Assembly: GCA_963792415.1 (NCBI GenBank)
Contig: CAWBVY010000001.1
Span: 96,001 to 160,000 of the forward strand
DNA: 64,000 nucleotides
Direction: 5' to 3'
Source: Candidatus Deferrimicrobiaceae bacterium
GTDB lineage: Bacteria; Desulfobacterota; Deferrimicrobia; Deferrimicrobiales; Deferrimicrobiaceae
Shown here: in pieces, positions 18,311-30,242 of the stretch
How positions within the stretch are numbered: the first letter of the stretch is position 1
Layout of the letters: the number at the start of each line of letters is the position of its first letter
Notes under the pieces: generated by a model
The model's database searches: none
The model's input: only the letters and a program-made list of their open reading frames with translations
Told to the model about the DNA's origin: nothing
Made by a program: the position numbers and the translations under genes

Positions 18311-21300
18311 GGTCCCTTCCCTTCCTTCGCCTTCGCCGTCATCGTCTCTTCCAGGAGCGCCTGCGCGGTCTCCAGCCGCTTCCGGATCGGAACCGCGAGG
18401 TCCGCGGGCCCCTTCTCGTCCTCGAGCCGGTCCAGCGCGCCGGCGTACCGGTCGAGGGACCGTTCGTAGAACGATCGCGCCCGATCCCGCAACGCCTCCT
18501 CGTATCCATCGCGGTCGTCCCCTTTCAGACCTTTCGGCCGCTGGGAGGCGAGGATCGCCTTCCCGTACTCCACGAGGAGATCGCCGGATAGAAGAGAGGC
18601 CTGGAGCGCCACCTCGAGAGGGGCCTCGCTCTCCGCCTTTTCGAAGTCGCCGAGAGCCCGCCGGAAGAACCGGTCCTTGATGGCGAGACTCTTCTCGAGG
18701 GGGACACGGAGGGGCGTCTTGCGGAACTGTTCGGCCCAGTTCTCCCCGACGGCGATGCGAACCTTCCCCGCCAATTCCGCGAACTCCTCGGGCGCCTCCG
18801 CTTCCACGCCCGCGTCCGCTTTTCGCAGCCCTTCCTCCATCAGGCGGATCGACGCCTTCGTCTCCCCCCGCCGCCAGCCGGCCAGCCCCGTGTACAAGGT
18901 GGCGTACGTCCACTTCCAGCGTGGGTCCGCGTACCGCGCGCGATAGGCATTGAAGCGCTTTTCCGCCGCCCCGGGAGGGCCGTGCTCTTCCGCGAGGCGC
19001 GCGGCGTGGAAGAGGAACCGCGGCGCGGCCTCGCCCTTCGGGAACCTCTCCGCCACGGCCTCGTAGAGTTCCCCGGCCTCGGCGAACTCCCCCTTCTCCT
19101 CGAAGAGGGGGCCGACCACGCTCGCCACCTCCACGGTTTCCTCCCTTCGGGGAAACTCTTTCCGGAAACGGAGGCCGGAACGGATGGCCCCTTCCGGATC
19201 CCCCCCCTTTGCGTACAACCGCATCGCCCGGAGCAGGTAGATCGGGACCTCCGGCGCCCCGGGGAAACGGATGGAGACCTCCTCGAGCACGGCCGCCGCG
19301 CCCGACAGGTCTCCCGCGGCCTCCTTTCCACCCGCCTCCTTCAGGGAGGAGAGGAGATAGAGATCCTTCGCCCGGGCGCCTGCGCCGGCCCCGACCGAGG
19401 GGTCCGAAAGGACGACCGAAGACCCGCTCCTCGCGGCGACCACATTCCCCTCGAAGAGGGCGGACTCGGCCAGAACCAGGCGAGCCTGGGCGGTCTGCGC
19501 CGGGGTGGCGTACCGGCTCCTCTCGACTTCCGCCGCTACGCGCCGCGCGCGATCATTCTCCCGGGCCGACAGGAACGCGCTCGATGCCCGAAGCCCGAGG
19601 GAGGCCGACTTTTCGGAGGGATGTTCCTCGAGAAGAAGCAGGATGGCGTATTCCGCGCCCCCGGCGGGCGTCTCCTTCCTCTCGTACCCGGCGATCATCG
19701 TCTCCGCGTACAGGACGGCCGCCCGCTCCCCGGTGGCGTCCGACCTCCGCTCTCCCACCAGTTTTTCGAGGAGCAGCACCCCGCCTTCCCGGTCCCCCGA
19801 GCCGAGGAGAGCGATGGCCCACTTCAGGCGAAGTTCCCCATCCCCGTCCGACCGGTCATCCCCCTTCACCAGGAAATACTCCCTCGTCAATGCGGCGGAC
19901 GAGGAAAGCGCCGAGCGTTCCCCGGAGCGGATCCCCTCGTCGAATTTTTTCCCGGCGAGGGTCCTGAGCATTGCAGCCAGTTCCTTTGCGGTCTTCTCTC
20001 CGACCGGGGCCGGCTGCGACCGTGCCCAGGCCGAATCCGGTCCGTACTTCCCGCGCAGGGTCAGGGCGCGGTCGAGCGCCTCCCTTTCCCGCCCGACCCG
20101 CAGGAGCGACTCCACCGTCTCCATTTCGAGGGCCGCAGCGTTCGCGTCCGACGGGAATCGCCGGGCCGCGACGTCGCGCACTTCCGCCGCCCGCAAGGCC
20201 TCGCCGCGTTTCTCCTCGGCCTCCCAGAGGGCGGCGAGGAGGACCTTCCCGCCGCACGTCCCGGCGTTCACGGGGGGGTACGCGTCCAGCCGTTCCAGGG
20301 GCGCCTCCCTCCATGCGCGGACCGAAAGGGAGACGACCTCCCTTTCGAAGGGCGACGGGACACCGCAGGGGAACGAGGGATCGGAAAGGGGTCGGGACAA
20401 TTCCCGGAGCGCCCCGCCGGCATCCCCGGACTGGAACCGGACCCAGGCCAGCATGTACCTGGCGACGGCGGAAGCGTCCGGGTTCCCGGCATCCGAGGCC
20501 GCGCGGTACCGTGAGATCGCCGCCGCGGTATCCCCGGCCAGGAGCGCCTCGTGCCCGAGGCGGACTCCGATCACGGCGGAGAGCGGAGAGGCGGGGTACT
20601 TCTGGAGGTACTCCCGCGCGGCGGACCCGGCGCCCGGGTCTTTCACGGCCAGCCCCAGGGCCGCTCGCAGGTAGAGTCCCTCCTCCCGTCTCGCCCCGGA
20701 AACCCCTTCCCGCGGGAGGAGCGGGAGAACGCGCGCGATCAACTCCTTCTCCTTCTCGTCGGCTTCCGTGCCCGGATACCGTGTCCACCGGTCCCTTCCC
20801 TCGGAAAGAACGGAGCCGATCCCGATGGCGACGTCGGGCGCGTCCGCCGGCGCGAGGCGGTCGCCGGTCAGGAGGGAAACCGCGCGTCCGAGGGCGGCGA
20901 GGGATTCCCCGTGGGCCGGCTCTCCCGGCTCCAACCGCAGCCGGCGGGCCTGTCCGATCAGGGCGTCCGCCAGCTGACGGTCGACCACGGCAAGAAGGGC
21001 GAGCAACTCCGGCTTCCTCCGCTCCCAGGCGGCGGCCCGCTCCCTTTCCTCCAGGGTTCGCACGACCGGAAGGAGCGCGGTCACGCGGCCGTCGGCGTAC
21101 GCGATCGATTCCCGCATCACATGGTCGAGGGGATCCTCCGCCGGCTCCTGCTTCTTCCTCAGGATGTCGAAGTACTGCTTCGTGAAATCCCGCGTTTCGG
21201 CGGCCATGGACCGGATCTTGTCCAGCTCGTTCAGGAAGAGTCCCACGTCCTTCAGGAGTCCGGGGGCGGTCCCGTCCCTGCCGGTCTCGATGGTGGCTAC

Positions 21301-22680
21301 GGTCGCATCCCGCCGCTCCCGGATCCGCTCCCGGAGAAGGTGGATCTCTTCCTGGCTCTTTTCCAGGCGCGTGAGGCGGCGGTATCGCTGGATCGGGTGG
21401 CCGAGGTTCTGGAGGGTATCGAGCGTGGCGGCCATCCGCTCCACCAGGCGGTCGACCTCGATGCCGTCCAGGGACACCTCCTCGATCCTCCGGACGATCT
21501 CCGCGATCTCCTCCGCGGTGAGGAACCGGAGACCCTCGGGGGACGGCGTGTCCGCCGCTGCCAGGGAGACCGTCCGGTCGGCAAAGAGCATGCCGACCAG
21601 GAGTTCCACCACCTCGGCGCGCGCCGACGCGTCCGGCCCGGGCTCCCGCCAGGAGAGTTCCTGCCGGAGGGCCCGCAGCATCTCCATCTGAAGCCGGAGG
21701 GACTCGACGGTTTCGGAACGGCCCGACGGCTCGGAGGAAGGAGGCGACGGCACGGACAATGCGTCTTCCAGCTCCTTTCCTGCCCGGGTCAGGCGGTCGA
21801 CCGCCGTCTCGTCGCGCCCGCTTTCCCTTGCGAGCCCCCCGAGAAGGAGGAGGAACCGGACCCGGTCCTCGAGGGGCCGCCCGGCGATCATCTCGGCCGG
21901 CAGATGGTCGAGGGCATGCACGGAATTGTCCCCGGCGGCGGCCAGGCCGATCCGGTCCAGCGGGTTCTTCTCTTTCCACAGCAGGGCCTCGAACAGTGGC
22001 ACTGCCTCGGGGCCGCGTCCGGCCGCAAGCAACACTTCCGCCCGCGATCTCGATGCCCTCGCCGCAAGAAAGTCGCTCCATTCGCTCCTCCCGGCCTCTT
22101 CTTCCACGCGTTGGAAGAGGTTCAGCGCCGTCGAGGTTTCCCTCCCCTCGGAGGCGATCTGGCCGAGGGAGTACAGGGCGAGGAGCCGGTACGGCTCTTC
22201 CGTTCCGACCTGGGCCAGGATGGCGGAGGCATCCCCCAGCCGTCCCCGGATCCGCCGCAGCCCCGTGCCGTAGGAATACAGGATCAGGGGCGTCCGGATC
22301 CCGCTGCGGATGGCGGTCTCGCAGACCGCGACGAGGCGTTCGGGATCGTCGTATCGTCCCTGCGCGCTGACGACTTCATCGAAGAGCGGCGCCGCCGCCG
22401 TCGCCGGGAACACGCCCAGGCCGACCCTCCGTTCGAGAAGCGATGCCGCTTCCGCAAGGAGCCCCAGGGACATGTATCCCTTGAAAAGGGAGCGGGTGCC
22501 GTCGATGGTCACCGCGTCGGACGCCTCGAGACGTGCCATTTCGGTGAGGGAGACGCCGGCACTCGCCGGGAACGGGATGGCAATAACCGAAAACAGGATC
22601 GCGCAGGCGAGGAAAGAGAGGAAGGGTCGTCCGGCGGCTATGGGGGAGAGGGTCGTTTCACGTTTCGAATTGGATTTCAT
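18307..22680 (-). CDS. Large exported TPR/coiled-coil protein, AgmU/GltD-like
   Basis: Signal peptide, many TPR pairs (YLQKYPASPL, ARYMLAW, RFPKGEAAPRFLF), C-terminus PLEKSL...ILASQRPKGL...YEEAL. Confidence 0.78.
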   Translation of the reverse strand: MKSNSKRETTLSPIAAGRPFLSFLACAILFSVIAIPFPASAGVSLTEMARLEASDAVTIDGTRSLFKGYMSLGLLAEAASLLERRVGLGVFPATAAAPLFDEVVSAQGRYDDPERLVAVCETAIRSGIRTPLILYSYGTGLRRIRGRLGDASAILAQVGTEEPYRLLALYSLGQIASEGRETSTALNLFQRVEEEAGRSEWSDFLAARASRSRAEVLLAAGRGPEAVPLFEALLWKEKNPLDRIGLAAAGDNSVHALDHLPAEMIAGRPLEDRVRFLLLLGGLARESGRDETAVDRLTRAGKELEDALSVPSPPSSEPSGRSETVESLRLQMEMLRALRQELSWREPGPDASARAEVVELLVGMLFADRTVSLAAADTPSPEGLRFLTAEEIAEIVRRIEEVSLDGIEVDRLVERMAATLDTLQNLGHPIQRYRRLTRLEKSQEEIHLLRERIRERRDATVATIETGRDGTAPGLLKDVGLFLNELDKIRSMAAETRDFTKQYFDILRKKQEPAEDPLDHVMRESIAYADGRVTALLPVVRTLEERERAAAWERRKPELLALLAVVDRQLADALIGQARRLRLEPGEPAHGESLAALGRAVSLLTGDRLAPADAPDVAIGIGSVLSEGRDRWTRYPGTEADEKEKELIARVLPLLPREGVSGARREEGLYLRAALGLAVKDPGAGSAAREYLQKYPASPLSAVIGVRLGHEALLAGDTAAAISRYRAASDAGNPDASAVARYMLAWVRFQSGDAGGALRELSRPLSDPSFPCGVPSPFEREVVSLSVRAWREAPLERLDAYPPVNAGTCGGKVLLAALWEAEEKRGEALRAAEVRDVAARRFPSDANAAALEMETVESLLRVGREREALDRALTLRGKYGPDSAWARSQPAPVGEKTAKELAAMLRTLAGKKFDEGIRSGERSALSSSAALTREYFLVKGDDRSDGDGELRLKWAIALLGSGDREGGVLLLEKLVGERRSDATGERAAVLYAETMIAGYERKETPAGGAEYAILLLLEEHPSEKSASLGLRASSAFLSARENDRARRVAAEVERSRYATPAQTAQARLVLAESALFEGNVVAARSGSSVVLSDPSVGAGAGARAKDLYLLSSLKEAGGKEAAGDLSGAAAVLEEVSIRFPGAPEVPIYLLRAMRLYAKGGDPEGAIRSGLRFRKEFPRREETVEVASVVGPLFEEKGEFAEAGELYEAVAERFPKGEAAPRFLFHAARLAEEHGPPGAAEKRFNAYRARYADPRWKWTYATLYTGLAGWRRGETKASIRLMEEGLRKADAGVEAEAPEEFAELAGKVRIAVGENWAEQFRKTPLRVPLEKSLAIKDRFFRRALGDFEKAESEAPLEVALQASLLSGDLLVEYGKAILASQRPKGLKGDDRDGYEEALRDRARSFYERSLDRYAGALDRLEDEKGPADLAVPIRKRLETAQALLEETMTAKAKEGKGP

Positions 22681-23002
22681 CCCCGACCTCGGTCCCCGTT
22701 CTCTCGATGGTGCCCGCCGGCAGCTCGAGGACCCCCCGGGCGTTCCAGAAGACCCTGGAAATGCGGTTCCTGCGGAACCGTTCGTACCGTCCCACCACCT
22801 TCCCGTCCGGACCGAGAAAGAGCGCGTCGAACTCGAAACGCATCCCGAAAGAGTGGATGCTGTTGCACGGCCGGATCCAGAGCCCCTCCCCCTCCGCGAG
22901 CCCGTCGGTCCGGAGGAGCCCTCTCATCCGCGGGAAGAATCGGTCCGCCACCCGGACGGCGTCGCCGATGACCCGCCCCCGCGTGAGGTTCCTGACGATC
23001 AT
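22658..23002 (-). CDS. DUF192 family protein
   Basis: RMRGLL, IRPCNSIHSFGMRF, VLELPAG. Confidence 0.88.
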   Translation of the reverse strand: MIVRNLTRGRVIGDAVRVADRFFPRMRGLLRTDGLAEGEGLWIRPCNSIHSFGMRFEFDALFLGPDGKVVGRYERFRRNRISRVFWNARGVLELPAGTIERTGTEVGDEIQFET

Positions 23003-23029
23003 CGGAACGGCCTGGAACCTTGTCAGTCG

Positions 23030-23125
23030 CTACTTTTTCCCGGTCCGCCGGGACCTTACGTAGATGTAAATCGCGAGAACGACACAAAAAACAACGATCC
23101 AGGGAAGGGCATTGCCCAGATCCAT
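23030..23125 (-). CDS. 31-aa single-TM small protein
   Basis: MDLGNALPWIVVFCVVLAIYIYVRSRRTGKK, preceded by AAAGGAGG; hydrophobic helix plus basic tail. Confidence 0.6.
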   Translation of the reverse strand: MDLGNALPWIVVFCVVLAIYIYVRSRRTGKK

Positions 23126-24108
23126 GTCCGACCTCCTTTGTTGGTTGCCACGGTCATTTTTGAATAGAGCGGAAAAAGTATCCTCAAGACCTGGATGACA
23201 CCCGGCCCGAGAATGACGATGAACAACGCCGGGAACATCAGGAACACGAGCGGGAATACGAGCTTGATGGTCGTCTTCGCCGCGGCCTCTTCGGCCTTCT
23301 GCCGACGCCGCATCCGCAGGGAGTCGGAGTGGACCCGCAGGGACTGCGCGAGGCTCGTCCCCAGTTTCTCCGTCTGGATCAGCATCGCAACGAGGGACTT
23401 GACGTCCTCCACCCCGGTTCTTTCCGTAAGAGCCCGCAACGCATCCTGCCGGGGTTTCCCCGCCACCATCTCCCGGTTGACGATGTCGAACTCTTCGCTC
23501 AACGCGGGACTGGAAAGCTTGAATTCCTCCGTGATCTTTACGAAGGAGGCGTTCAGCCCGAGGCCCGCCTCGACGCAGACGACCAGCAGGTCCAGTCCGT
23601 CCGGGAGGGAGTCCGTGATCTCCTCCTGGCGCTTGCGGATCTTCGCTCGAAGCACGAAATCCGGAAGGAGAAACCCGGCGATTCCCGCCACGAGGACCAT
23701 CAGGAAGATCGACTTGCTCGCAATCCCGGTGACCTTCCCGTAGACCACGGCAAGGACCACCAGAACGACCGGCAACGCCCAGCGAACCCCAAGGTAGATC
23801 TGATACGCTCCCGAGCTCCGGATCCCCGCCTGGTTCAGGAGGAGGCGTCCGCCGGTAAGTTCCTTCCCCGAAAGCATCTCCACAAGTTCGATTTCCGTGG
23901 GCGCTTTCGCGGAAAACCACTTCCGTACCTTTCCGAGCCACTCTCCCGCGGATGCCACAATCCGGCCGCGGGGAGCGTCCGCCTCCTCCCCCACGATCTC
24001 CTTGAACCGTTGCGGCAGCGACTCCTTCCGGGATTCCAGCCACAGGTACAACCCGATCGATCCGATTGCCGTCGCCAGGAAGATCGAAACCGACAAGAAG
24101 AGAATCAA
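23056..24108 (-). CDS. tadC: Tad inner-membrane platform protein TadC (3' end possibly frameshifted near 23170)
   Basis: LPDGLDLLVVCVEAGLGL, QTEKLGTSL, AEEAAAKTTIKLVFPL. Confidence 0.9.
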   Translation of the reverse strand: MILFLSVSIFLATAIGSIGLYLWLESRKESLPQRFKEIVGEEADAPRGRIVASAGEWLGKVRKWFSAKAPTEIELVEMLSGKELTGGRLLLNQAGIRSSGAYQIYLGVRWALPVVLVVLAVVYGKVTGIASKSIFLMVLVAGIAGFLLPDFVLRAKIRKRQEEITDSLPDGLDLLVVCVEAGLGLNASFVKITEEFKLSSPALSEEFDIVNREMVAGKPRQDALRALTERTGVEDVKSLVAMLIQTEKLGTSLAQSLRVHSDSLRMRRRQKAEEAAAKTTIKLVFPLVFLMFPALFIVILGPGVIQVLRILFPLYSKMTVATNKGGRTWIWAMPFPGSLFFVSFSRFTST

Positions 24109-24121
24109 GGGTTCCCCCGTC

Positions 24122-25084
24122 TCAGATCTTGATCCGGATGATCTTGCGGATGGCCAGCATCCCGAGGATCTGCAGTGTCACGGCGATGGCGATCATGATC
24201 CTTCCGGTCCCCTCGAACCAAAGCGGTTTCAGGTACTCCGGGTTCATGATCCCGATGAGGACGGCCACTCCGATCGGAAGAAGCGAAAGGATGAATCCGC
24301 TCATTCGCGCCTGGGCCGTGAAGATCTTGAGCTGTCCCTGGACGCGGAACCGTTCCCGGATCACATAGGCGATCTTGTCGATGATCTCGGCGAGGTTTCC
24401 TCCCGTTTCCCGCTGGATCAGGATCGCCGTGACGAAGAACTTGACGTCGAGGATGTCGACCCGGTCCGTCATCCCGATGAGAGCCTGTCGAAGGGGAATC
24501 CCCAGGTTCTGCTCTTCGAACACCTTCGAGAACTCGGGGCCGATCGGATCCGGCATCTCCTGGGAGACGAGCTGGATGGCGCCCGTGAACGAGTGGCCGG
24601 CCCGCAGGGAGCGGGCGAACATTTCGAGCGCTTCCGGGAAGTGATTCATGAACCGTTTCAACCGGCGTCGCCGCCTGATGTCGACGATGAGGTTGGGAAC
24701 GGTGAGCAGGCCGATGCCGACGACGACCGACAGGATGGTTGGCCAGTGCAGGATGCGGCCGGCAACGATGCCCACGGAAAAGAGGACCAGGGAGAGGAGG
24801 AGGAACGTGCCCACCGGGATCTTCATGTCCGCCTGCCGCAACCGCCGGTCGATCCTGGCGGCGATATTCACCCTCGACAGAAGCCGGTTGAGCAGCGGAA
24901 CTTCGCTCAGCACCTCGTTCTTCAGGAATTCCGGAACATCCGCGTCCCGCAGGTTGCGGATTTCGAGCAGCGAGATCCTTCTCTTGACCTCCGCTTTCTC
25001 GCTGCGCCCGGCCGACAGGAGGAAGTACCCCCCGACAACCGCCAGGAGAACCAGCGCGAAGACGGCAATGGGGATCCAGATCAT
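24122..25084 (-). CDS. tadB: Tad inner-membrane platform protein TadB
   Basis: [37 protein letters not shown]. Confidence 0.92.
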   Translation of the reverse strand: MIWIPIAVFALVLLAVVGGYFLLSAGRSEKAEVKRRISLLEIRNLRDADVPEFLKNEVLSEVPLLNRLLSRVNIAARIDRRLRQADMKIPVGTFLLLSLVLFSVGIVAGRILHWPTILSVVVGIGLLTVPNLIVDIRRRRRLKRFMNHFPEALEMFARSLRAGHSFTGAIQLVSQEMPDPIGPEFSKVFEEQNLGIPLRQALIGMTDRVDILDVKFFVTAILIQRETGGNLAEIIDKIAYVIRERFRVQGQLKIFTAQARMSGFILSLLPIGVAVLIGIMNPEYLKPLWFEGTGRIMIAIAVTLQILGMLAIRKIIRIKI

Positions 25085-25097
25085 CCTCGGCCTCCCC

Positions 25098-26465
25098 TCA
25101 CGATTTCCGGTTCGCGAAGATCTCGGAAGGGAGGTGGATCCCCGCCATGTGGATCATGTCGAGGAACTTCGGCCGGACGCCGCTTGCCCGGAACTGGCCG
25201 ATGACCTTCCCCTCGGGATCGAGACCCTGCTTTTCGAAGACGAAGATGTCCTGCATCACCACCACCTCCCCCTCCATGCCGGTCACCTCGGAGACCTTGA
25301 CGATCTTCCGGGCGCCGTCGCTCAGGCGCGCCACCTGGATGATGACGTTCAGCGCGGCGCTGACCTGCTCCCGGATCGCCTTGGCGGGAAGTTCGAATCC
25401 CGCCATCAGGACCATGGTTTCGAGGCGGGAAAGGGCGTCCCGCGGCGAATTGGCGTGGACGGTGGAGATGGAGCCGTCGTGGCCGGTATTCATCGCCTGG
25501 AGCATGTCCAGCGCCTCGCCCCCGCGCACCTCGCCCAGGATGATCCGGTCGGGGCGCATCCGGAGGGCGTTGCGCACCAGGTCCCGCTGGGTCACGGCCC
25601 CCCTTCCCTCGATGTTGGGGGGCCGGGTCTCGAGCCGCACCACGTGCTCCTGCTGGAGGATGAGCTCGGCGGAATCCTCGATCGTCACGATCCGATCGTC
25701 GTTGGGGACGGAGGAGGACAGGATGTTCAGCAAGGTGGTCTTGCCGGCGCCCGTGCCGCCCGACACCAGGATGTTGAGCCGCGCCCGCACCATCGCGTCG
25801 AAAACCTTCGCCATCTCCTCCGTCAGCGACCCGTTGGCGACCAGGTTCTCCATCCTCAGCGGGTCGATGCCGAAGCGCCGGATGGAGAGCGCCGGCCCGT
25901 CCAGCGCGAGCGGGGGGATGATGACGTTGACGCGGGAGCCGTCGGGCAGCCGGGCGTCGACAAAGGGCGTGGACTCGTCGACCCGCCGCCCCACCTTGGA
26001 GACGATCCGTTCGATGATCGTCATCAGGTGGTCGTCGTCCTTGAAGGTGACCTCGGTCTTGTGCAGCTTCCCGTGCTTCTCGATGTACACCTTCTCCGCC
26101 CCGTTGACCATGATGTCGGAGATCTCGGGATCCTGGAGGAGCGGCTCCAGGGGGCCGAGTCCCAGGGTCTCGTGCTGGATCTCGACGACCAGCCGCTCCC
26201 GCTCCATCCGGGTGAGCGGGATCCCCTCGGCGGCGATGAGGCTTTCCACGACGGTCTTGATGATCCCCGAGAGCTGCTCCGGGGAGATCTCGGCGACGGA
26301 GGAGAGGTCCAACCGGTCGATGAGCTTGCGGTGGATGCTGCTTTTGAGCTCCTGGTAGGCGTTCATCTCCGCCGCCGCGACGCTGCGGCGCTGCGCGAGG
26401 TCTCCGAACGCCGTGGCGGCACCGGCACCGTTTTTCTTCGACGCCATCCATTCGTTGATCGTCAT
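25098..26465 (-). CDS. tadA: Tad pilus assembly ATPase TadA/CpaF
   Basis: [40 protein letters not shown]. Confidence 0.95.
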   Translation of the reverse strand: MTINEWMASKKNGAGAATAFGDLAQRRSVAAAEMNAYQELKSSIHRKLIDRLDLSSVAEISPEQLSGIIKTVVESLIAAEGIPLTRMERERLVVEIQHETLGLGPLEPLLQDPEISDIMVNGAEKVYIEKHGKLHKTEVTFKDDDHLMTIIERIVSKVGRRVDESTPFVDARLPDGSRVNVIIPPLALDGPALSIRRFGIDPLRMENLVANGSLTEEMAKVFDAMVRARLNILVSGGTGAGKTTLLNILSSSVPNDDRIVTIEDSAELILQQEHVVRLETRPPNIEGRGAVTQRDLVRNALRMRPDRIILGEVRGGEALDMLQAMNTGHDGSISTVHANSPRDALSRLETMVLMAGFELPAKAIREQVSAALNVIIQVARLSDGARKIVKVSEVTGMEGEVVVMQDIFVFEKQGLDPEGKVIGQFRASGVRPKFLDMIHMAGIHLPSEIFANRKS

Positions 26466-26466
26466 C

Positions 26467-27663
26467 TCACACGCCTCTCCGCCGGAAAAGGTTGTCCAGG
26501 ATCCCCTTCTTCTTCTCCGGGACCGCCTTCTTCGGCGCCGGCCCTTCCAGCAGCTCCGCCATCCGGTCGAAGCTTTTGGTGACCTCCTTGTCCGGGGCGA
26601 CTTCCGAGAGGAGCTTCCCGCGGTTGATGGAGGAGATCACGGTCGGGTAGTCGTTGGGAACGGAAAAGAAGACCGGGGTGTTCATGATCCCCTCGATGCT
26701 CTCCTTCGGGATCTCGTCGTTCGGAAGGTAGCGGCTGAGGAGGAGCCGCACCCGCTCGTCGCGCAGCCCGATCCGCCCGAAGAGCTCCAGGCACTTCTGG
26801 GTGTTCTTCAGGGAAGGGAGGTTCAGCAGGGACACGAGCAGGACGATGTCGGACATCTCCAGGGCCGTCAGCGTCCGCTCGTCGAACTGGTGCGGCGTAT
26901 CCACGATAATGTAGTCGAACATCGACCGCAGCGTCGAGAGGACCTCCCGCACCTGGGCCGGGGAGATCTGCTCCCCGTCCTCGATGGTCGGCGGGTCGGC
27001 CAGGACGTAGACCCCGCTGGCGTGCCGGACGAGGAGCGTGTGCAGGAAGTCGTAGTCGGCCTTCTCCGCGTTCTTCGCCAGGTCCAGGATGGAATAGGAC
27101 GAGTTCACGTTGAAGAACATCGTGACGTCGCCGTGGGAGAGCACGAGGTCGACCACGGCGACCTTTTTCCCCGTAAGCCGGACCAGGGCGTCCGCGAGGT
27201 TCACGGCGATCGTCGTCGTCCCGTTCCCCCCCTTGTTGCTGAAGACGGAGAGGATCTTCCCCCCGCGGCCCCCCGATTCCTTCCGGGTCGCCTTGAGCTT
27301 GGACGCCTTCTCCGCCGCCGCCCGGAGGTCGATCTCCTTGACCGGCTTGCAGAGGTAATCGTGCGCACCGGCGCGGATCGTCCGCAGGATGAGGTCGGAG
27401 TCGGTCCGGTCGGAGAGGGCGACGAGATACAGGAACGGGAAATCCTTCGCCATCGTGGAGATCGACTCGATCGCCGGTTCGGGGGTGGGGCCCAGCCCGA
27501 TGATCACCATTTCGGGAAGGTGCATCCGGATGATGTCGATGCCGGTCTTGACGGAGTGCGTCTTCCAGCGCACCTCGATGGCGCCGATCCGCTTGCTCAG
27601 GATGTCGATCTGCCGGATCGCCTCCTGGTCCGTCTCGATGATCAGGCAACTGATGCGGTTCAT
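26467..27663 (-). CDS. cpaE: Tad localisation protein CpaE/TadZ (atypical receiver + MinD-like)
   Basis: Receiver-like N-terminus (RAGAHDYL), KGGNGTTT deviant Walker [10 protein letters not shown]. Confidence 0.9.
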   Translation of the reverse strand: MNRISCLIIETDQEAIRQIDILSKRIGAIEVRWKTHSVKTGIDIIRMHLPEMVIIGLGPTPEPAIESISTMAKDFPFLYLVALSDRTDSDLILRTIRAGAHDYLCKPVKEIDLRAAAEKASKLKATRKESGGRGGKILSVFSNKGGNGTTTIAVNLADALVRLTGKKVAVVDLVLSHGDVTMFFNVNSSYSILDLAKNAEKADYDFLHTLLVRHASGVYVLADPPTIEDGEQISPAQVREVLSTLRSMFDYIIVDTPHQFDERTLTALEMSDIVLLVSLLNLPSLKNTQKCLELFGRIGLRDERVRLLLSRYLPNDEIPKESIEGIMNTPVFFSVPNDYPTVISSINRGKLLSEVAPDKEVTKSFDRMAELLEGPAPKKAVPEKKKGILDNLFRRRGV

Positions 27664-27670
27664 TCCTCTC

Positions 27671-28835
27671 CTATTCCACCAGGGAGATGACTTTCACTTC
27701 CGTACCCGTGAGGGGACCGCCGCCGCCGCTGGAGGATCCGCCGAAGGCAGATCCGGGGATGTATCTTCCCGTCACGTAACCGTCTCCCCCTTGCCTCCCC
27801 ACACCTTCGATCCAGAACCCGGCGAGAGTGTACCCGACCTGGACGGAGGCGCCCGTTCCCTGCGTTCCACCGGCGCCCCCACCGACGATGGGAATGCTCG
27901 GATCATAGATGACGACCCGAACGACCCGGGGGGATCCCATTTCGTGGGTATTGGTAGCGTAGTCGCTCGGAAATGTTTGGCTGTAACCTTGCGCATTTGC
28001 ATCATCGAGCAAAGCCTCGTATACCTTGAACGATCGGCCCCATAGCGTTCCCGGTCATCAGGTCGACGGGCAAGGACATGTCGATCGGGAAACACCCGCT
28101 GCTGATGAAAGTCCTCAGGTCGTTCGCGCCCTGAAACGTCTCTCCTCCCACGTTCCCCTGCATGAGGAAGAAATGCCCCGACGACTGTTGCCCGGAGGGG
28201 GAGTTATTGTCGGCGCTTGGAGATCCCACCTTCAAGGTGATGGCAGCCCCGGGACACAAACCGACGCCCCCTGTGCAATCCTTGTAGATCGTCTCCCCGG
28301 GGGCGGGGGAACCGTCGTACTCGCCGTCGGGAGTCCCGTCACGGTTCGTTCCGTATGCCGGATCGTCAGCCCACGGGTAGGGGATCGCGAACGGCTTGAT
28401 GCAGTTCACATTCGTCGGAGGGCCGGCCACCGCGGCCTGCGCCACGGCGCGCGCGGTAATCACTCGATTCGCCATCCCGAGAATCCGTGCGAAAAAGAGA
28501 TTCGCGTTGCGGGAAGTGACCACTTCGATCCGGTCCAGCGAGGGAAAGGAGACGGCCACCTCGCCCGCGGGGTCAAGCCGCGTCCGCACCACCACGTCCC
28601 GGGACGCGTAATCCCTCGCGCGGGCGTCGGCTATGCCCCGGATGCTCGAATCGTTCCAGTCCCCGGTCGTAAAAGCGGAAGCGCCGGCCAACGCACCCGC
28701 ATCGGCGCTGCGCTGGAGTTCGTGGCGAACGGAATACATGTGGCCCACGTCGATCCCGAGGGCCGCAAGGCCCAGGAGGACGAAAATGGCCAGAGCCACA
28801 AAAACCAGTATCTGCCCCTTTTCGTTTCTTTTCAT
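27671..28835 (-). pseudogene. tadG: TadG-like pilus-associated protein, frameshift near 28020 as assembled
   Basis: NEKGQILVFVAL...IDVGHMY...LQRSADAGALAGA. Continues in frame 27671..28012. Confidence 0.78.
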
Positions 28836-28872
28836 CGTCGTACCCCTCATATTCCCCTGTTCCCGCGTCGGC

Positions 28873-30242
28873 CTACCAGATCATGTCCGGACTCAGCTCC
28901 TCGGGCTTCATCGTCTCCGAGGGGAGCGCCGGGATCTCGTCCTTGTTCAACGGACGGACGAGCTTCGGCGTGACCATCACCATCAACTCGGTTTCGTTGT
29001 TCTGGTACCTCGTGCTCCGGAACAGGGCCCCCAGGATCGGGATGTCGCCGAGAAGGGGGATCTTGGAGACCTGCTTCAGCACCTTGTTGTCGATGAGCCC
29101 TGCCAGGACGAACGTCTGGCCGTCCGCCAGCTGGAGTCCCGATTCCGCCTTGCGGGTTTTCAACGCCGGGATCCGGAAGCCCGAAAGGATGACGGCGTTG
29201 GCGTAATCAAGCTCGCTGACTTCCTGCGAGACGTTAAGATAGATCTCACCGTTCGGGGAAATCCTCGGCCGGAAAACGAGCTGGACGCCGAACTCCTTGT
29301 AGGTGACGGAAAAGGAGGACGTTCCCGTGCTCCCCGTGGAAATGACGACGGGGAACTCCCCGCCCGCCAGGAACTTCCCCTCCGCGCCGTTGGCGACGAC
29401 GAGGTTCGGTTCGGCAAGGACCTTGAGCCCTCCCTTGTCGTCCAGAACGCGCAGGAACGCGGCGAAATCCGGGAACATTCCCGGCTTCGCGATGAAGACG
29501 TTCATCATGTCGCTGAACGAGGTGTTGGGCCCAATATCTCCGATTGCTGGTCACGGAGATTCCCGAAGGTGGGATTGAAATTGTTCGGGGGGCTCAAGGC
29601 GCCGCGAAGGGTGTTCCCCTCGAACAGGTAGTTGAAGCCGAGCTCCTTCGAAATAGTGCGGTCGACCTCGGACACGCGGATCTGGAGAAGAACCTGCTCG
29701 AGCTTCTTCACCTTGAGGAGATTCACGACCCCCTTGACGTGCGCCTGCGCGCCTTCCACCAGCCGGGTCTGGGTCACGTTGTCCGTAACCGTGCCGGTGA
29801 GGACCAGCTTGTCTCCGGCGGCGGTCACCTCGAACTCCTCCCCGGGTGCGATTTTCGTGAGATCCTCCCTCACGAGGTCCAGGTTGATCCCGACGACCAC
29901 TTCGACCGTGGTGGCGACCTCCTGCTGGCTCCAGTAGACGAGCGTGGTCGTCCCGAAGGCCTTCCCGATGACCATCATCTGCCGGGGGGAGACGACCATG
30001 ACGTCCGCGGTTTCCGGCCGTGCGATGGATACCCGCTTGATATCGAAGGGGCTGTCGAGCAGGACCGACTGGTTGGCATACACGGAGAGCGACGTCGCGG
30101 GGGGCTTCGCCGCTTCCTGCTCCGGCAGGGCGTGGGCGGATGCTCCGACCAGGAGTCCGAGGCAGAGCACGCAAACCGCGGTGACAAGCCATGATCTTCT
30201 ACCCACCCTCGCACCCCCTTTGGGAAAATCGTGACTCGCCAT
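28873..30242 (-). pseudogene. rcpA: Tad secretin RcpA/CpaC, frameshift near 29528 as assembled
   Basis: N-part RVSIARPETADV...GTTTL...QVLLQIRVSEV. C-part LAEPNL...FLAGGEFP...KIPLLGDIPILGALFRS...VTPKLV. Confidence 0.88.
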
